Positions 12,925-25,979 of a stretch of 62,111 nucleotides of DNA are shown piece by piece. Under the pieces are notes generated by a model. That model was not told the origin of the DNA. It ran no database searches and worked only from the letters and a program-made list of their open reading frames with translations. Both the position numbers and the translations under genes were made by a program. Numbering within the stretch: the stretch's first letter is position 1; every line of letters starts with the position of its first letter. Origin of the DNA: Octopus bimaculoides (lineage: Eukaryota); contig NC_068988.1 of the NCBI RefSeq assembly GCF_001194135.2, positions 2,249,508 to 2,311,618 of the forward strand, in the 5' to 3' direction.

Positions 12925-13030
12925 TAGGCATGGCTGTGTGGTTATATGTTTGGTTCTCAAACACACAGTTCTGGGTTCAGCCCCACTGTGTGGTACCTTG
13001 GGCAAATGTCTTCTGCTATAGTCCTGTAGC
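12925..13030 (+). mobile_element. SINE family A head
   Basis: ggcatggctgtgtgg...ctgggttcagccccactgtgtggtaccttgggcaa. Confidence 0.75.
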
Positions 13031-13079
13031 CTGGGGTTATCTCTCTCTCTCTCCACACACACACACACACACATATATA

Positions 13080-13330
13080 TCATCATCATCATCATTATTT
13101 AATGTCCATTGTCCCATGCTGGCATGGGTTGAATGGTTTGACCAAAGCTGCACTAGACTCCAGTCTGATTTTGCATGGTTTTCATGGCAGGATGCCCTTC
13201 CTACACCAACCACTTTACAAAGTATGCTGGGTGCTTTTACGTGGCATTGTACAGGCGCTTTTACATGGTGTCACATGAGCACTTTTTATGTGGCACTGGA
13301 AGGGCACGTTTATGTGGCACCACCATGAGT
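13080..13330 (-). mobile_element. SINE family C (RTE-like 3' tail with (CAT)n)
   Basis: catcatcatc...tttaatgtcc...ccatgctggcatgggttg...ggatgcccttcct matches other family C copies. Confidence 0.8.
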
Positions 13331-13424
13331 GCTTTAGACCACCAGAAGGGTTGGTAATAACACGCCTGCTGTGGATCACAGATCCTCATGAATTCAGCAG
13401 AACCGTTATTATGCCGGGTGAAAT

Positions 13425-13610
13425 GCTTGGCAGTATTTCATCTGCCGTTACGTTCTGAGTTCAAATTTTGCCGAGGTTGATTTTGCCTTTCATCCTTTCA
13501 TGGTCAGTTAGATAAGCACCAGTTATGCACTGGGGTCGATGTAATCAACTTAATCCCTTTGTCTGTCCTTGTTTGTCCCCTCTATGTTTAGTCCCCTGTG
13601 GACAATAAAG
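13425..13610 (+). mobile_element. SINE family B
   Basis: Aligns with 9800-9950. Confidence 0.85.
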
Positions 13611-13799
13611 AAATAAATATTTCTAGCTTCTGTGACATAATGTTTTAAAACAGTAGATTTTATTTTTCTTAAGCCTTAGGACTCGTAATGCAATTTGCCC
13701 AGTATCCATGGAGGATAAGTGACCAATAAATGGCTCAGATCATAATGCACCCACTGAATAACAGACTGGTCTATTGCAGAGTTCAAGGACAACAATTTT

Positions 13800-13975
13800 C
13801 AGGGGGTGGGGCAGGGTGGGTCAATTACAATGACTGCAGTATTTAACTGATACTTGTATTGACCCTGAAGGGATGAAAAGCAAAGTTAACATTGGCAGGA
13901 TCTGAACTCGGAATGTAAAGAGCCAGAGAGATGCTGCGAAAGATTTTGTGTGATGTGCTAATGATTCTGCCACAT
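13800..13975 (-). mobile_element. SINE family B, inverted, more diverged
   Basis: gaccctgaagggatgaaaagcaaagttaacattggcaggatctgaactcggaatgtaaag is the reverse complement of the family B body. Confidence 0.75.
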
Positions 13976-14832
13976 CATTGCTTCAGAGAGTGGAATTACT
14001 AAATTCTTTATCTGCAGACACCATCATTTCCAAAAGAGTCTTATTTCTTCTTATCAAAGACAAAATTAAATCTTGTTTTTTTTTTTTAAATAGAAATAAA
14101 AACAAACAAAATACGTGGCAAGAATTTAAGAGTCTAATTCTTTACACTTCTCTAATCATCATCATCACCATCGTCATCATCGTCATCTCCATCATTATCA
14201 TCATCATCATCATTGTCATTTTAATGTCCACTTCTCCATGCGTGCAAGGATCGAATGAGACTACATTAGGATGACATTTTCCATAGCTGGGTATTCTTTC
14301 TCTTGCCGACTCCCCCGTGTTACCAAGCATGGCAAATATCATCCGGTCTTTGGAACAACAAACAGCCCAGGACATGGTTACAAGGAGAACTGGGAACAAA
14401 TGGCAGCATTTGTTGAAAGGTGGGGCTTTCGTTTACAAAGAATGCTCACCATGTCAAGAAGCCTGGATGTGATTTCACCATGGACCACAAACAAAGAACT
14501 CTGTCTGCACGGACACCAAGGCTTTTGCTTATAATCAGCGAATATAAGTGAAGATGAGAGAAAATCCAAACGCACTTAGATAGATATACTTATGTACATG
14601 CACACACATGCATACACACATGCACAGATGCACACACATGCATGCACACACACAACCCAGGCTGTCATATGCAGATAATTCTGGCCCTGTTGCATACAAA
14701 CAATGAATCCAAATCATAATACACCGTTTTCTAGGGCTTGTTTTGCTTTTGGATTGACTATCAGTATACACACATACACTCACACACACACACACACACA
14801 CACACACCCACACACACACACACACATTCACA

Positions 14833-14903
<71 letters not shown>

Positions 14904-15035
14904 TCCTCCAGTGATTCAAGGTCGAGTATTTAGTTGCTTGATCAAGTGAATAAGTGACTGAGTATTCCAGAAATTCAGCACCTTTACTGATAGATCTGCT
15001 ATCATAGTCAGGCCTGATCTCAGCTGAGGCTAGAC

Positions 15036-15074
15036 AACAACAACAGCACTAAAAGTTGCAACAGCAGCAGCAGC

Positions 15075-15142
<68 letters not shown>

Positions 15143-15143
15143 C
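15036..15143. repeat. (CAA)n/(CAG)n microsatellite at the tail of a repeat ending gctagacaacaac
   Basis: Directly visible. Similar ends (ggctaaataacaacaac, gggctaaacaacaac) occur at about 25015 and 50290. Confidence 0.85.
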
Positions 15144-15194
15144 GATATTAGTTTCACATTTTGGCACAAAGCCAGCAATATCAAGGGAGGAGTT

Positions 15195-15224
15195 AAGTAA
15201 ATGGAAACTGAAAGAAGCCTGTTG

Positions 15225-15259
<35 letters not shown>

Positions 15260-15470
15260 TTGTGTCTCTGTGTTTATCCCACCACTATCGCTTGACAACC
15301 GATGTTGGTGTGTTTATGTCCCTGTAATGTAGCAGTTTGGCAAAAGAGACTGATATAATAAGTACTAGGCTTACAAAGAATAAGTCCTGGAGTCGATCAT
15401 GTTCGACTAAAGATGGTGCTCCAGCATGGCCGCAGTCAAATGACTGAAACAAATAAAAGAATAAAAGAAT
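15195..15470 (+). mobile_element. SINE family A, 3' two-thirds
   Basis: Aligns with 39130-39340. Confidence 0.85.
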
Positions 15471-15474
15471 ATAC

Positions 15475-15832
15475 TGCCTTTTGTACAATTAATTTTTAAA
15501 AAATGAAGAATTTAATGAAAAATAATAATTGCTAAAAAGAATCTGTGTTTGAAACCTAAATTAACATAGAATTTTGATGGACGGTTCCAATTTAGATCAC
15601 CTTCAAATGGAATTTGTATTATAAAACCAAAGGTAGTTTTAAGATATGCTGGTACTAATAAGATACATGGCTTCTGTTTTCATTGGTTTTGAAAGTAATG
15701 AAGAATTTAGTAAAATAACCTTGTACGTATTAAGCTATTGTTTAAGATTTTTTTAATTCAGATAAGTTTAAAATAGAATTTGTATCTTAAAACCTGGGGT
15801 ATTTTCAGGTAGATTGGCATATAAAGAGTTAA
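15475..15832 (+). mobile_element. Two tandem partial copies of the AT-rich MITE family
   Basis: aatgaagaattta repeated at about 15502 and 15698. Ends in aaagagttaa. Confidence 0.6.
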
Positions 15833-16478
15833 TTGCATAAATGAAGAGAAATTCTATCAAGTGAGAATTGAAACTTGCTCACTCTTTCAAAATGTTTGGT
15901 GCTTTTGTCTTGTTCTATGGCACTTGCCAAGACAATTAAAGTGGTAAATGAAAGAAGGTCTCGTTCTGTCTATTTGGATATTATTGGTATCATGTTGGCA
16001 TTCTGTCAATTCAAATTATGTCATGGAGAACCATCAGCATGAAATATTTTAATAATAACATGGCTACAAAGAATGCCAACACTTAATTGGTCAGAGAAGC
16101 TTGAATTAGAAACTATATCCATCAGTTTGTTAAACTATCTGAGTGTGATGATGAGAACATTTATGAGTGGAACACATCATCGTTAGTTGTTAAACAGAAC
16201 CTTTTAAATGATATCTTCAATGGATTAGCTTGAAAATATAATAAATCTACAGAATTGTATTGAAAACTTTTATATCCTTTTACATTAAATCCCCGTACTA
16301 ACTTCAATAGAATAGGTCTGTGCAACTACAGGTATTTAATCAAATTACTTTTGCAAGTGGTTTACAACTTAAGACAATTGCAAGCACCATATACACAATC
16401 ATATTTCTATTCTACATACACCAAGACCAAGAAAAGAATTGCTATATGCACACATTAGTGTTGTACATACATATGGGC

Positions 16479-16513
<35 letters not shown>

Positions 16514-16969
16514 TAAATCTCTGTGTAGGTGTCAGATTGTCATTAGAAAATATAAAACGACCAACTATACTAAAACATAAAAAACAGATGTAAGTGAAAC
16601 AGGTTTGTTAGGACAGGGAGAGTCATTATCATATCTTGATTAGGTGTTTAAAGTGATATCTTAAAATGTTGAGCCATTGGATATGTTGGCAGCAGATGAC
16701 CACTGAGTGCTTTGTGAGAAACTGAGGTTCTCGAAGAGAGAGAGTGGCACAGCTGATAACCCTCCTTTGTAATTTGATATGTTAGCGACAGACTAAAAAT
16801 AAATACACCCGCTACTGGAAGTAAAGATGTATATACACCACTAACGAATGCAAAATTTTATACACCATTAGGGAAAGTAAAAATATATATATACAGCACT
16901 ATAAAAATAAAAATATATACAATATCAGTGAAAGTAAAGATACATATATGCTGCCACTAAAATAACTAT

Positions 16970-17020
16970 ATACATTCATGCATACATACATACATACATT
17001 CATACATACATACATCCATC

Positions 17021-17052
<32 letters not shown>

Positions 17053-17302
17053 CATACATACATACATACATACATACATGCATTCATGCATACATACATA
17101 CATACATATATACATACATACATCCATCCATACATACATACATACATATATACATACATACATACATATATACATACATACATACATGCATTCATGTATA
17201 CATACATACATACATTCATACATACATACATCCATACACACATACATACATACATCCATCCATCCATACATACATACATACATACATATATACATACATA
17301 CA

Positions 17303-17335
<33 letters not shown>

Positions 17336-17403
17336 GCATTCATGCATACATACATACATACATTCATACATACATACATACATACATACATACATACATA
17401 CAT
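16970..17403. repeat. (CATA)n array with higher-order variant pattern
   Basis: Marker cattcatg recurs at about 16973, 17081, 17190 and 17337. Confidence 0.9.
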
Positions 17404-17404
17404 C

Positions 17405-17537
17405 TCATCATCGTTTAACGTCCACTTTCCATGCTGGTATGGGTTGGATGGTTTGACTGGGGACTGGCAAGCCAGGAGGCTGCACCAGGCTCCAGTCTAA
17501 TGTGGCAAGGTTTCTGTAGCTGGATGCCCTTCCTAAT
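17405..17537 (-). mobile_element. SINE family C tail
   Basis: catcgtttaacgtccactttccatgctggtatgggttggatggtttgactgg. Confidence 0.85.
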
Positions 17538-19208
17538 ATATGAATGTATGTGTATGTCTGAAAGAGAATCATATTTTTGTGAGGTATATGTTGCAGAAAT
17601 TATGATTACAGCATGCTTTTCAATGTTTGCCATCAAATAAATAAATCTTGAATATGAGTGTTGCACCCTTGAATATAAAAATTAGAATATTTCAGTTAAA
17701 AAGAAAAAAAATCAAAAAAATCAACCTGGCTGTAAATTATTAAAAGTGTGCTAAAGTCATCTCTTCAATGGCACACACACACACACACACACAATTGGAC
17801 ATAGAAAAGAACCCTCATACACACTTACGCTGGATATATGATACACATCAACATGCGTGGATAAACACACACACCTATATATACATACACACTCACACAT
17901 ACATGTATGACAATGGTATGGAACCAAATAATACTTGAATCAAGTGCTGAAATCAAACATAAATAGCTTTAACATAAGAATCTGCACATTCACTTTTCTG
18001 AACAGCGATATATTAAATATTCAATGCAATATTCTTCTGTGTTTTTTTTGAAGTTCTCTTACACAGAGATTTGTGTATATTTTCTTTCATTTCTTTCCTT
18101 AATTCATTCTTTATCTCTTTCTCTTTTTAACTTGCACACACACACACACACACACATACACCATATTTCCATACTTCTTTCAACATTCCTTTAATTTAAG
18201 CAACCATTTATCTTAAAAAGTCAGTTTTCTCAATAAGTAGATAAGAGCATTAATTTACATTTTTTTATATAAATCTTCAAGTTATTTCAAGCCAAGTTTA
18301 GTAATATCTGATAAAATTTTTTAACAATTTTTACTCAACTTCAAAATTAGAATCTTTAAACTAAATGTACGTCGTGCTTTCCTTTACTAGTGACTAGGTA
18401 AGTATGGATGTTCATTATTGAACAAAAGTATAAATTTATAAATGGAATTTGCACATGTGTGTACAGTGTCAGGTTTAGATGAAGAGACTCCCTAGGCTAT
18501 ACCACTTGTGTGGCCCTTCTCAAAAGTCCTGGAACAGTGTCAAAAATATCCTACACTTCAACCAATGGTCTTCTAGATTTTCGAGACTTAGGCTTCAATC
18601 TGTCAATATTACTTGTAAATCCAGAATTATAAGTAAAGCTATACACTGTGTTTGTATATGTGTGTATGCGTGTGTGTGCACGTGTGTTTGTATATATGTG
18701 CATATGTGTGTTTTTGTATGTGTGTATGTGTTTGTGAGTGTGCATGTATGTGCGTATGTATTCATGCACATGTATGTTTGCATGTGTGTGTGTGTGTGTG
18801 TGTGGGTGTCTGTGCATGCCTATGTGTATATGTAGGTGTTTGTGTGTGCTTGTGTGTGTGTATATGTATGTCTGTGTTTGTGTGTGTGTATGTGGATGTG
18901 TACGCACATGCATGTGTGTATGCTTTGTGTTTGTGCATCTGTGTTAGTATGTGTGTATGTATATGTGTGGATGTATGCATGCGTGTGTGTGTCCTACTGT
19001 TTCCAGTGGCTCCTCAGTGTGGCTCTAGTGACTCATTACCATTGAATATACTTTCAAGGTCAGACAACTCTCCCTGTGTCACTCACATTGTATTTTGAAT
19101 TCATTTTAATTAATTAACATATTAGAGTTGTTCACCCTACCATTTTTGACCAGAACTGATAACTTAATGATTCCTTCTCTTCCCTAATCATGTAATTCTA
19201 TTCAACTA

Positions 19209-19780
19209 CAAGTTCTGACCAAAAGGTTTCAGGATTGGTGCCTATAAAAAGAAAACTACAACTCACCTCAATTCAGCATTTAATCTCCTTTGAAGTTGTC
19301 CCCTTCTGAAACCACACATTTTCTCCAGTGTTCTTCCCAAAGGTGGAAGCATTCCTGGAACTCCTTTTTTTTTGGGATAATGAGCAGCTGCTTCATCGCA
19401 TTCTCTTGGATTTTTTCAGTGTGTTGAAATCTCATTGGGAGTTTTCTACTGCGAAGACCGATCCTTGGTTTTGAGATCATAGCCATAGACCCATGATGTG
19501 TCACCTGATATGATCATTTACAAAAAGTTTTCCTCTTCCTCAACAGAACCAAGGAGACCCTGTACAGCTGAAGCCTGATCTTCATCTTCTTGAGACGACC
19601 ACACTCGACACACTTTACTTCCAAGCTCTGCTCTTAACAACAAAAGTGAGTGAGAACATTATAACTCCGTGAGTGCATGCACAACAAAATTCAAGGTCAG
19701 TCTGTGCCAAGGGACTCCATCCTGTCTACTTTAGCTCCGTCACCATAGCAACAGTTCTGATTCTTTTTCAACAGACCTTA
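19209..19780 (-). mobile_element. Internally deleted mariner (DD34D-type) transposon
   Basis: Degenerate TIRs (ta-caagttctgaccaaaagg / ctttttcaacagacctta-ta). Minus-strand remnants IISGDTSWVYGYDLKTKDRSSQ*KTP (resembling the ITGDETWVYGYDPETK motif) are fused to C-terminal EFQECFHLWEEHWRKCVVSEGDNFKGD*. Confidence 0.85.
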
Positions 19781-20209
19781 TAATATCTCTTGGCTTGATG
19801 TCTTAAGTATATTAATAATGAGCTTACCATGAAATATATTGTTTCAACCTTAGTACATGTCTGGTATTTCATTTACTGATCTCAGTATCATAAAAAAAAA
19901 GTCAATTAGACCAAGATTTAATGTAATAATATAAAGGGGTGTAGTCAAATACCACAAGGTATTTTGTATTGATATTCTATTGATTCAACAATGTACCCCC
20001 CACCTATGTATATATATATATATATTATCTTCCATATGGATATGGACAGACGCACAGTCTCACACACACACACACACTATAATATTTTTAATTGGCAGAA
20101 AGCTGCAAAAGTGAGTCATGGGTTAAATGTTTTGCGGTTATTGAAAAAATAATAAAAGTCACATATATGCAAGTATTGAGTTCTATTTCTCCTTTAGTTT
20201 TACCAAACC

Positions 20210-20237
20210 CTTATGCATACATACATCTACACGTATG

Positions 20238-20269
<32 letters not shown>

Positions 20270-20998
20270 CACGTACATACATATATACACATGTACATAT
20301 ATACATACATATACACATACATACATACATGCATACATATACACGTATATACATACATATACATGTACACACATACATACATATACATGTACATACACAC
20401 ATACATATACACGTACATGCAGACATACATACATATACATGTACATCCATATATACATGTACATGTACATACATATATACATACATATATACATACATAC
20501 ATATACACGTACACACATACATACAGACATACATATACATCCATACATAGATACATACATATACACGTACATACATACATACTTACATATACACATACAT
20601 ACATATACACATACATAATACATATACACGTACATACATACATACTTACATATATACCTACATACGTNNNNNNNNNNATAATATATATATACACGTACAT
20701 ACATACCTATCTACATACATGCATGCATACAGACAGACATGTATATTTCTATCTCTTTGTTTATGCATATAATCATGTAGCAGGCTTTTGTCTACCCATC
20801 TTCAGTACAGAACTTCAGATCAGCTTGTAGACTTCATTTGGATAAGTGTAGCAAGATCTTGGAACATACATGTATTCACAACCATACACATACATACCCA
20901 CACACACCCACGCACACACATACATATATATATATACATTCATTGGCAGACATATATGTAAGTATGTATATATGTATTTTTGTGTGTTTATGTATGTG

Positions 20999-21036
<38 letters not shown>

Positions 21037-21086
21037 CAATTATATATTTATATATATATATATACACATACATATATACATATACA

Positions 21087-21135
<49 letters not shown>

Positions 21136-21276
21136 GTATACACACATATATATACACATATATATACTCACATATATATACACATATATATACATTTATA
21201 TTTATACATACATACATACACATATATAAACATATATTTATACATACATATATATATATATATACATACATATATG

Positions 21277-21324
<48 letters not shown>

Positions 21325-21410
21325 CACACATGAACACAAAACAAATCACACAAATACACAAGCATACACTTGAGTATAATTCTATCTGCATATAGTTATA
21401 TATATATAAA
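20210..21410. repeat. Long compound TACA/TA/CA microsatellite field
   Basis: Directly visible. It generates the spurious HTYI/MYVC ORFs. Confidence 0.9.
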
Positions 21411-21510
21411 TATATATATATATATACACACATGTAAAAACTTGCAAAGTAATAATCATCAATTTTTTTAATAGCATATGTGTACCTGTCCACATATCTT
21501 GGCAAACCTA

Positions 21511-21557
<47 letters not shown>

Positions 21558-22314
21558 AAACATGTTTGTGTGCATGTGAGTGTTTGTATTTCTACCTCTC
21601 TCACTGTTTATGCGTGTGTGTGTGTGCGTGCGTGTTCATAGTTACACATGTACTTTGGTTAACAGGCAAACTGATCTACCATACTAAACATGGCTGTATG
21701 TGTATAGCCTTAGAAAGAGAGCAACTAATTGACTTATGTGTATAACTACTTCAGCTAATAAAAAAACCTTGTACTATCGTTTTATGGTTTTGCTTCTTCC
21801 TTGTGTTTCCTTTCTGTCATAATGTCTTACACTCTGTTCAGGTTCTTTCAAAAGATTCCGTCTCCATTGTATCTCAAACAATTATTATTTGTCAAGTAGC
21901 TTGTCTTTTACAGCAGCTGTGCACAAGACAAACAGACTTCCATATTCTAAATCCAAAGAGACTGGTGGCAGTTTGTGTCAGTAAAACTTGAATTATTTGG
22001 AAAAAAACTGACTAAAAGAGCAGAGTGAAGTTACTGTCTGGAATGGTGTATCCAGAGTTTAGAACAGAGTCCTTCTTCTGAATAAAAATTAGAGAAAGGA
22101 AATAATAAAAAAAAATGGCAGCAGAGTTCTGCTCCTTTATATTTGAGACCCTTAGATTTTGAAAGGTCTGTCTATTCAACAAATTTTGAACTCAGCTCAC
22201 AAATCTCTTGTATATTCTTTGTGGATTCCTTGGATTCCACAGACTTCAGTCTGAGAACTGCTGGCATAGATTCTTTCTAATCAGTTTGGTTGCAGTAGAG
22301 TTTATCTCTCTATC

Positions 22315-22515
22315 TTTTACTTGTTTTAGTCATTAGACTGTGGCCATGCTGAGGCTTCGCCTTGAAGGGTTTCAGTTGAATGATTCAACCCCTGTCCTTT
22401 AGTTTATGTATTACTTATTATATTGGTCTCTTATGCCAAACTGCTAAGTTATGGAGACATAAACATACCAACGCTGGTTGTCAAGCAGTGGTAAGGAACC
22501 AACAGACACAAAAAT
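22315..22515 (-). mobile_element. SINE family A, 3' part
   Basis: cttgttttagtcattagactgtggccatgctg...tcttatgccaaactgctaagttat. Confidence 0.8.
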
Positions 22516-22551
22516 ACACAGTTATTTATAAATACAAATATATATATATAT

Positions 22552-23560
22552 GGTCACTGCTCCCTTATCTGGTGGGCAATGCAGAAGTTAGGGATGGATG
22601 AGTGGTTGGTGAGAGTTATACAAGCCATGTACAGGGATGCTGCCAATAAGGTGAAAGTTGGCAATAAATATAGCAAGGAATTTAGTGTACAGGTGAGAAT
22701 TCAGCAAGGGTCAGTTCTCAGCCCATCTTGTTTATTATAGCTTTCTAGGCAATAACAGTGGAGTTTAAAACTAACTGCCCTTGGAAGATCCTCCATGCTA
22801 ATGACCTTGTTGTCATTGCTGAGTCACTACCAGAACTAGAGAAGAAATTTCAGGTGTGGAAGCAAGATCTAGAATCAAAGGGCCTTAGAGTTAATTTAGC
22901 AAAGACCAAATTTCTAGTAAGTAGGAAAACAGACAGATCCCTGATCCTTTCAGGGAGATGGCCCTGCTCCGTAGAAAAGGTGTTGGTAGAAACTCCATAG
23001 GGTGTATCCAGTGAAAGTCATGGACACATAAGAGGTAGAGTGATATCACAGGAAGGTTAACAGAGAATGTACAGAAAATGGGCTCCAACGAATGTCTGGT
23101 GGTGGGGGGATCCTCAGAATTTGTGGATAGTTTCCGTTACCTAGGTGACCAGGTTAGCAGTGGAGGAGGTAGTTCTGAAAGTGTGGCTGCTAGAATAAGA
23201 AAGGGCCAGACACATTTCTTTGGTAACCAATGGCCTCTCCCTCAAAGTGAAAGGCAAATTGTATGAAGCTTGTGTGTGAATAGCCATGCTGGATAACAGA
23301 GGGATATGGGCTGCGACTATTGAGGATATATGAAGGCTTGAAAGAAACAGAGCCAGCGTTCTGCACTGGATGAGGGACTTTAGTGTGCCTGTATGACAGA
23401 GAAAAATCTCCAAGTATACTAGGCATCAGATGTAGTATGTAAGAAAGAAGGTTGTTCTGTTGCGGTCATGTGATGCATATGGATGAGGAGAGCTGCATAA
23501 GGAAGTTCTGATATCCAAAATGTGCTGAGTTTCCAGGAAGTCAAGTGTGACAAACAATTC
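22552..23560 (+). mobile_element. RTE-clade LINE, 5'-truncated, decayed RT domain and C-terminal region
   Basis: Translates, with stops and frameshifts, to SLIWWAMQKLGMDEWLVRVIQAMYRD...QQGSVLSP, KILHANDLVVIAES (YADD site decayed), GLRVNLAKTKFL, FVDSFRYLGD, LSLKVKGKLYEAC and GHVMHMDE. Confidence 0.9.
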
Positions 23561-23689
23561 CAGGAAGACGATGTCATTTAGTGTTTGGAACCCTAGTGTT
23601 TTAATATTTGACACTACTTACACAAATAACTGTTTGCAATTTAAGCAGAAGGCCAGCAGTTTTGAAGGATGCACTGGGGCTGACAGAGT

Positions 23690-23835
23690 CACTGCCAGTA
23701 CTTGACTGGTTCCTTATTTTATCAACCCTGAAAGGACAAAGGGCAGAGTTGACATTGGGATGATATGAACCCATAATGTAAAGAGCTGGAAAAGACTGCT
23801 ATAAGGAATTTTATCAGATGCTTGAACAATTCTGC
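23690..23835 (-). mobile_element. SINE family B, inverted
   Basis: ttttatcaaccctgaaaggacaaagggcagagttgac. Confidence 0.7.
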
Positions 23836-25601
23836 CAGTTTGCATCACTCTAATATCAACTCTTTTTTCCAATATCACATTATATTACTGGTATGTATTT
23901 TATTGACACAAGAAGAATGAAAGACACAAACGTTGACTTCTAGTTCAATTTGAACCCAGCATGTTTAGATGAATGGAAAAAGGAACAAAAGACAAAGACA
24001 GAGTTGCAATCAACCATTCCTGCTATGATAAAATGGTAAGAAATCCTACTTTAATTTGGAATGCCTTAAATTGATGAACCCTTTCTAAATTCGTTTTCTC
24101 TGTCACATGACTGGTTCTTCAAGACCATTTTAACCATTAATCATTTTCCACAATTGCTTCCATGAGGTATGCGCATTACTGGAGTAACGTGAGTGATGGG
24201 TTTTACCTGTTACACTTGACAGATGATTACGAAGATTGGAGATTATGTTAACCACCCTAAGTCGGCATCAGAATATATAAAGCCTGTATTGGAATCATTT
24301 TCAATTTGTTTCATCACAGTGCTGTATTATTATTTTTCCCTTACTTGTCAATTCTTTTATTATAAAGAATTATTGTGTTCTATAAAAAAATGGCAAGAGG
24401 AAAAAATATCCAATATAGATTTCAAGTTGTTGATTTCAGGCTTTCTATAAAGTAATACTCTGCCAATTTCGGGCAGTTGAATTCCAAATCCTACTATCCT
24501 CATAAATCATGACTCAGTTAGAATATGCTTCATAACAAAATATTGTTGTTGAGTTAATGAGAGTGAGCCTTGATAGAGTCAATCAAACTACAAGGAATAG
24601 CTGGAAAAACTTATTAAAATCACAAATTAATGTCTTAGAAAAAAAAGGGACAAATACGAGAATGTAATGCTAAATCCTTTGTCCATAAACTAAGGTTTTC
24701 AAAGGTTATACTAAGCGTCTTTGAATTGTGTTAAAAATCTTAAAATGCTGCAGTGTAAAATACGTAATTAGTCATATAATTTTAATTATTTAGTTACAAA
24801 TATTTTTTAAATGAGTGATCATATTGGGAAATGAGTTTGTTGTTTATTAATGCTTAAATCTTGCTGAATGAGTGGAGACACTTTTCAAGTGTCTGAGATC
24901 CATGAGTAAAATGCGGTTTTGGAAGTGAAAATGTTGAGAATCCCTATCCTAGATAGGCAAAAAGGCAAAGCCTGATGGTCAAAATATAAATGCATCTTGA
25001 TCAAACAGACCTAGGGCTAAATAACAACAACAGCAACAACTACTATAACAACTACAACAAGTACAACATTACTTCTCCGAAATAAAGACTAATGGTGCAC
25101 CAAGCAAAATGTTGTGATGAGCTGCACAATCTGACATTCACCTAAGTAATGGTCAGACAGAAGATTGAAAGGAACACATTTTCTCTCTGGAAGTCAATTG
25201 AAAGAAAGAAATGTTATACTTTCATTGAAGCTAATGGATAGCATGAATAATGTTTGCAATGTGTCAGCTACATACTCTCAGACTTTGAATCTTATTGATA
25301 AAGATATGGATGTCTTGAAGATTTCAAAGATGAATTGTTGCACACACTATTTATTATATTGAAAGAATAGAGATGCATGAAAAGTATCAGAGACCTGGAG
25401 TAGCAAAGTCTCCAACTAAAACCAGTCAGTTCAATTAGTTTCATATGTTATTCATCACTCTGTCAATCAAGGGAGACGTTCTTCAGAGAGTATTTTCAAT
25501 TTACCGAACGGGTTTAGGTTAATATGTAAATAAGTTGTTTTGCTAAATACATGAACACTGAACAAAATGGAACCATACACAAGGCAAACCACATGACACG
25601 C

Positions 25602-25661
<60 letters not shown>

Positions 25662-25709
25662 ATTTCATAGTATATACACATGCGTATATGTATGCAGGTA
25701 TAAATATAT

Positions 25710-25930
25710 GTATCATCATCATCATTATCATTTAACATTCTGTTTTCCTTGCTGGCATCGTTTGACAGAAACTGGCAAACCAGAGAGCTTCACCAGGCTC
25801 CATATGTCTGACTGGCAGGGTTTCTATGTTTGGATGCCCTTACTAATGCCAACCACTTTACAGTGTGTACTGAGTGCTTTTATGTGGCACCATCATGGAA
25901 GCTTTTTAATTGGCACTAGAACAGGTGCTT
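25710..25930 (-). mobile_element. SINE family C
   Basis: (CAT)n tail, then ttggatgcccttactaatgccaaccactttacagtgtgtactgagtgctttt. Confidence 0.8.
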
Positions 25931-25979
25931 TTTACCATAATCCCAGTTTTTTTTGGACCCTGTTCACTTCTCACTTTGT

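Noticed and set aside
15900-16270. Possible CR1/L2 RT relic; similar purine-rich relics at 29000-29860, 42100-42850 and 52950-53280
   Set aside because: Too degenerate to support a family call by eye.
17610-17668. Minus-strand GATLIFKIYLF resembles the FKBP ATLIFEVEL motif
   Set aside because: Too short, with no other FKBP sequence.
24162-24251. 29-aa sORF MRYAHYWSNVSDGFYLLHLTDDYEDWRLC
   Set aside because: Length is within chance expectation and no homology was recognised.
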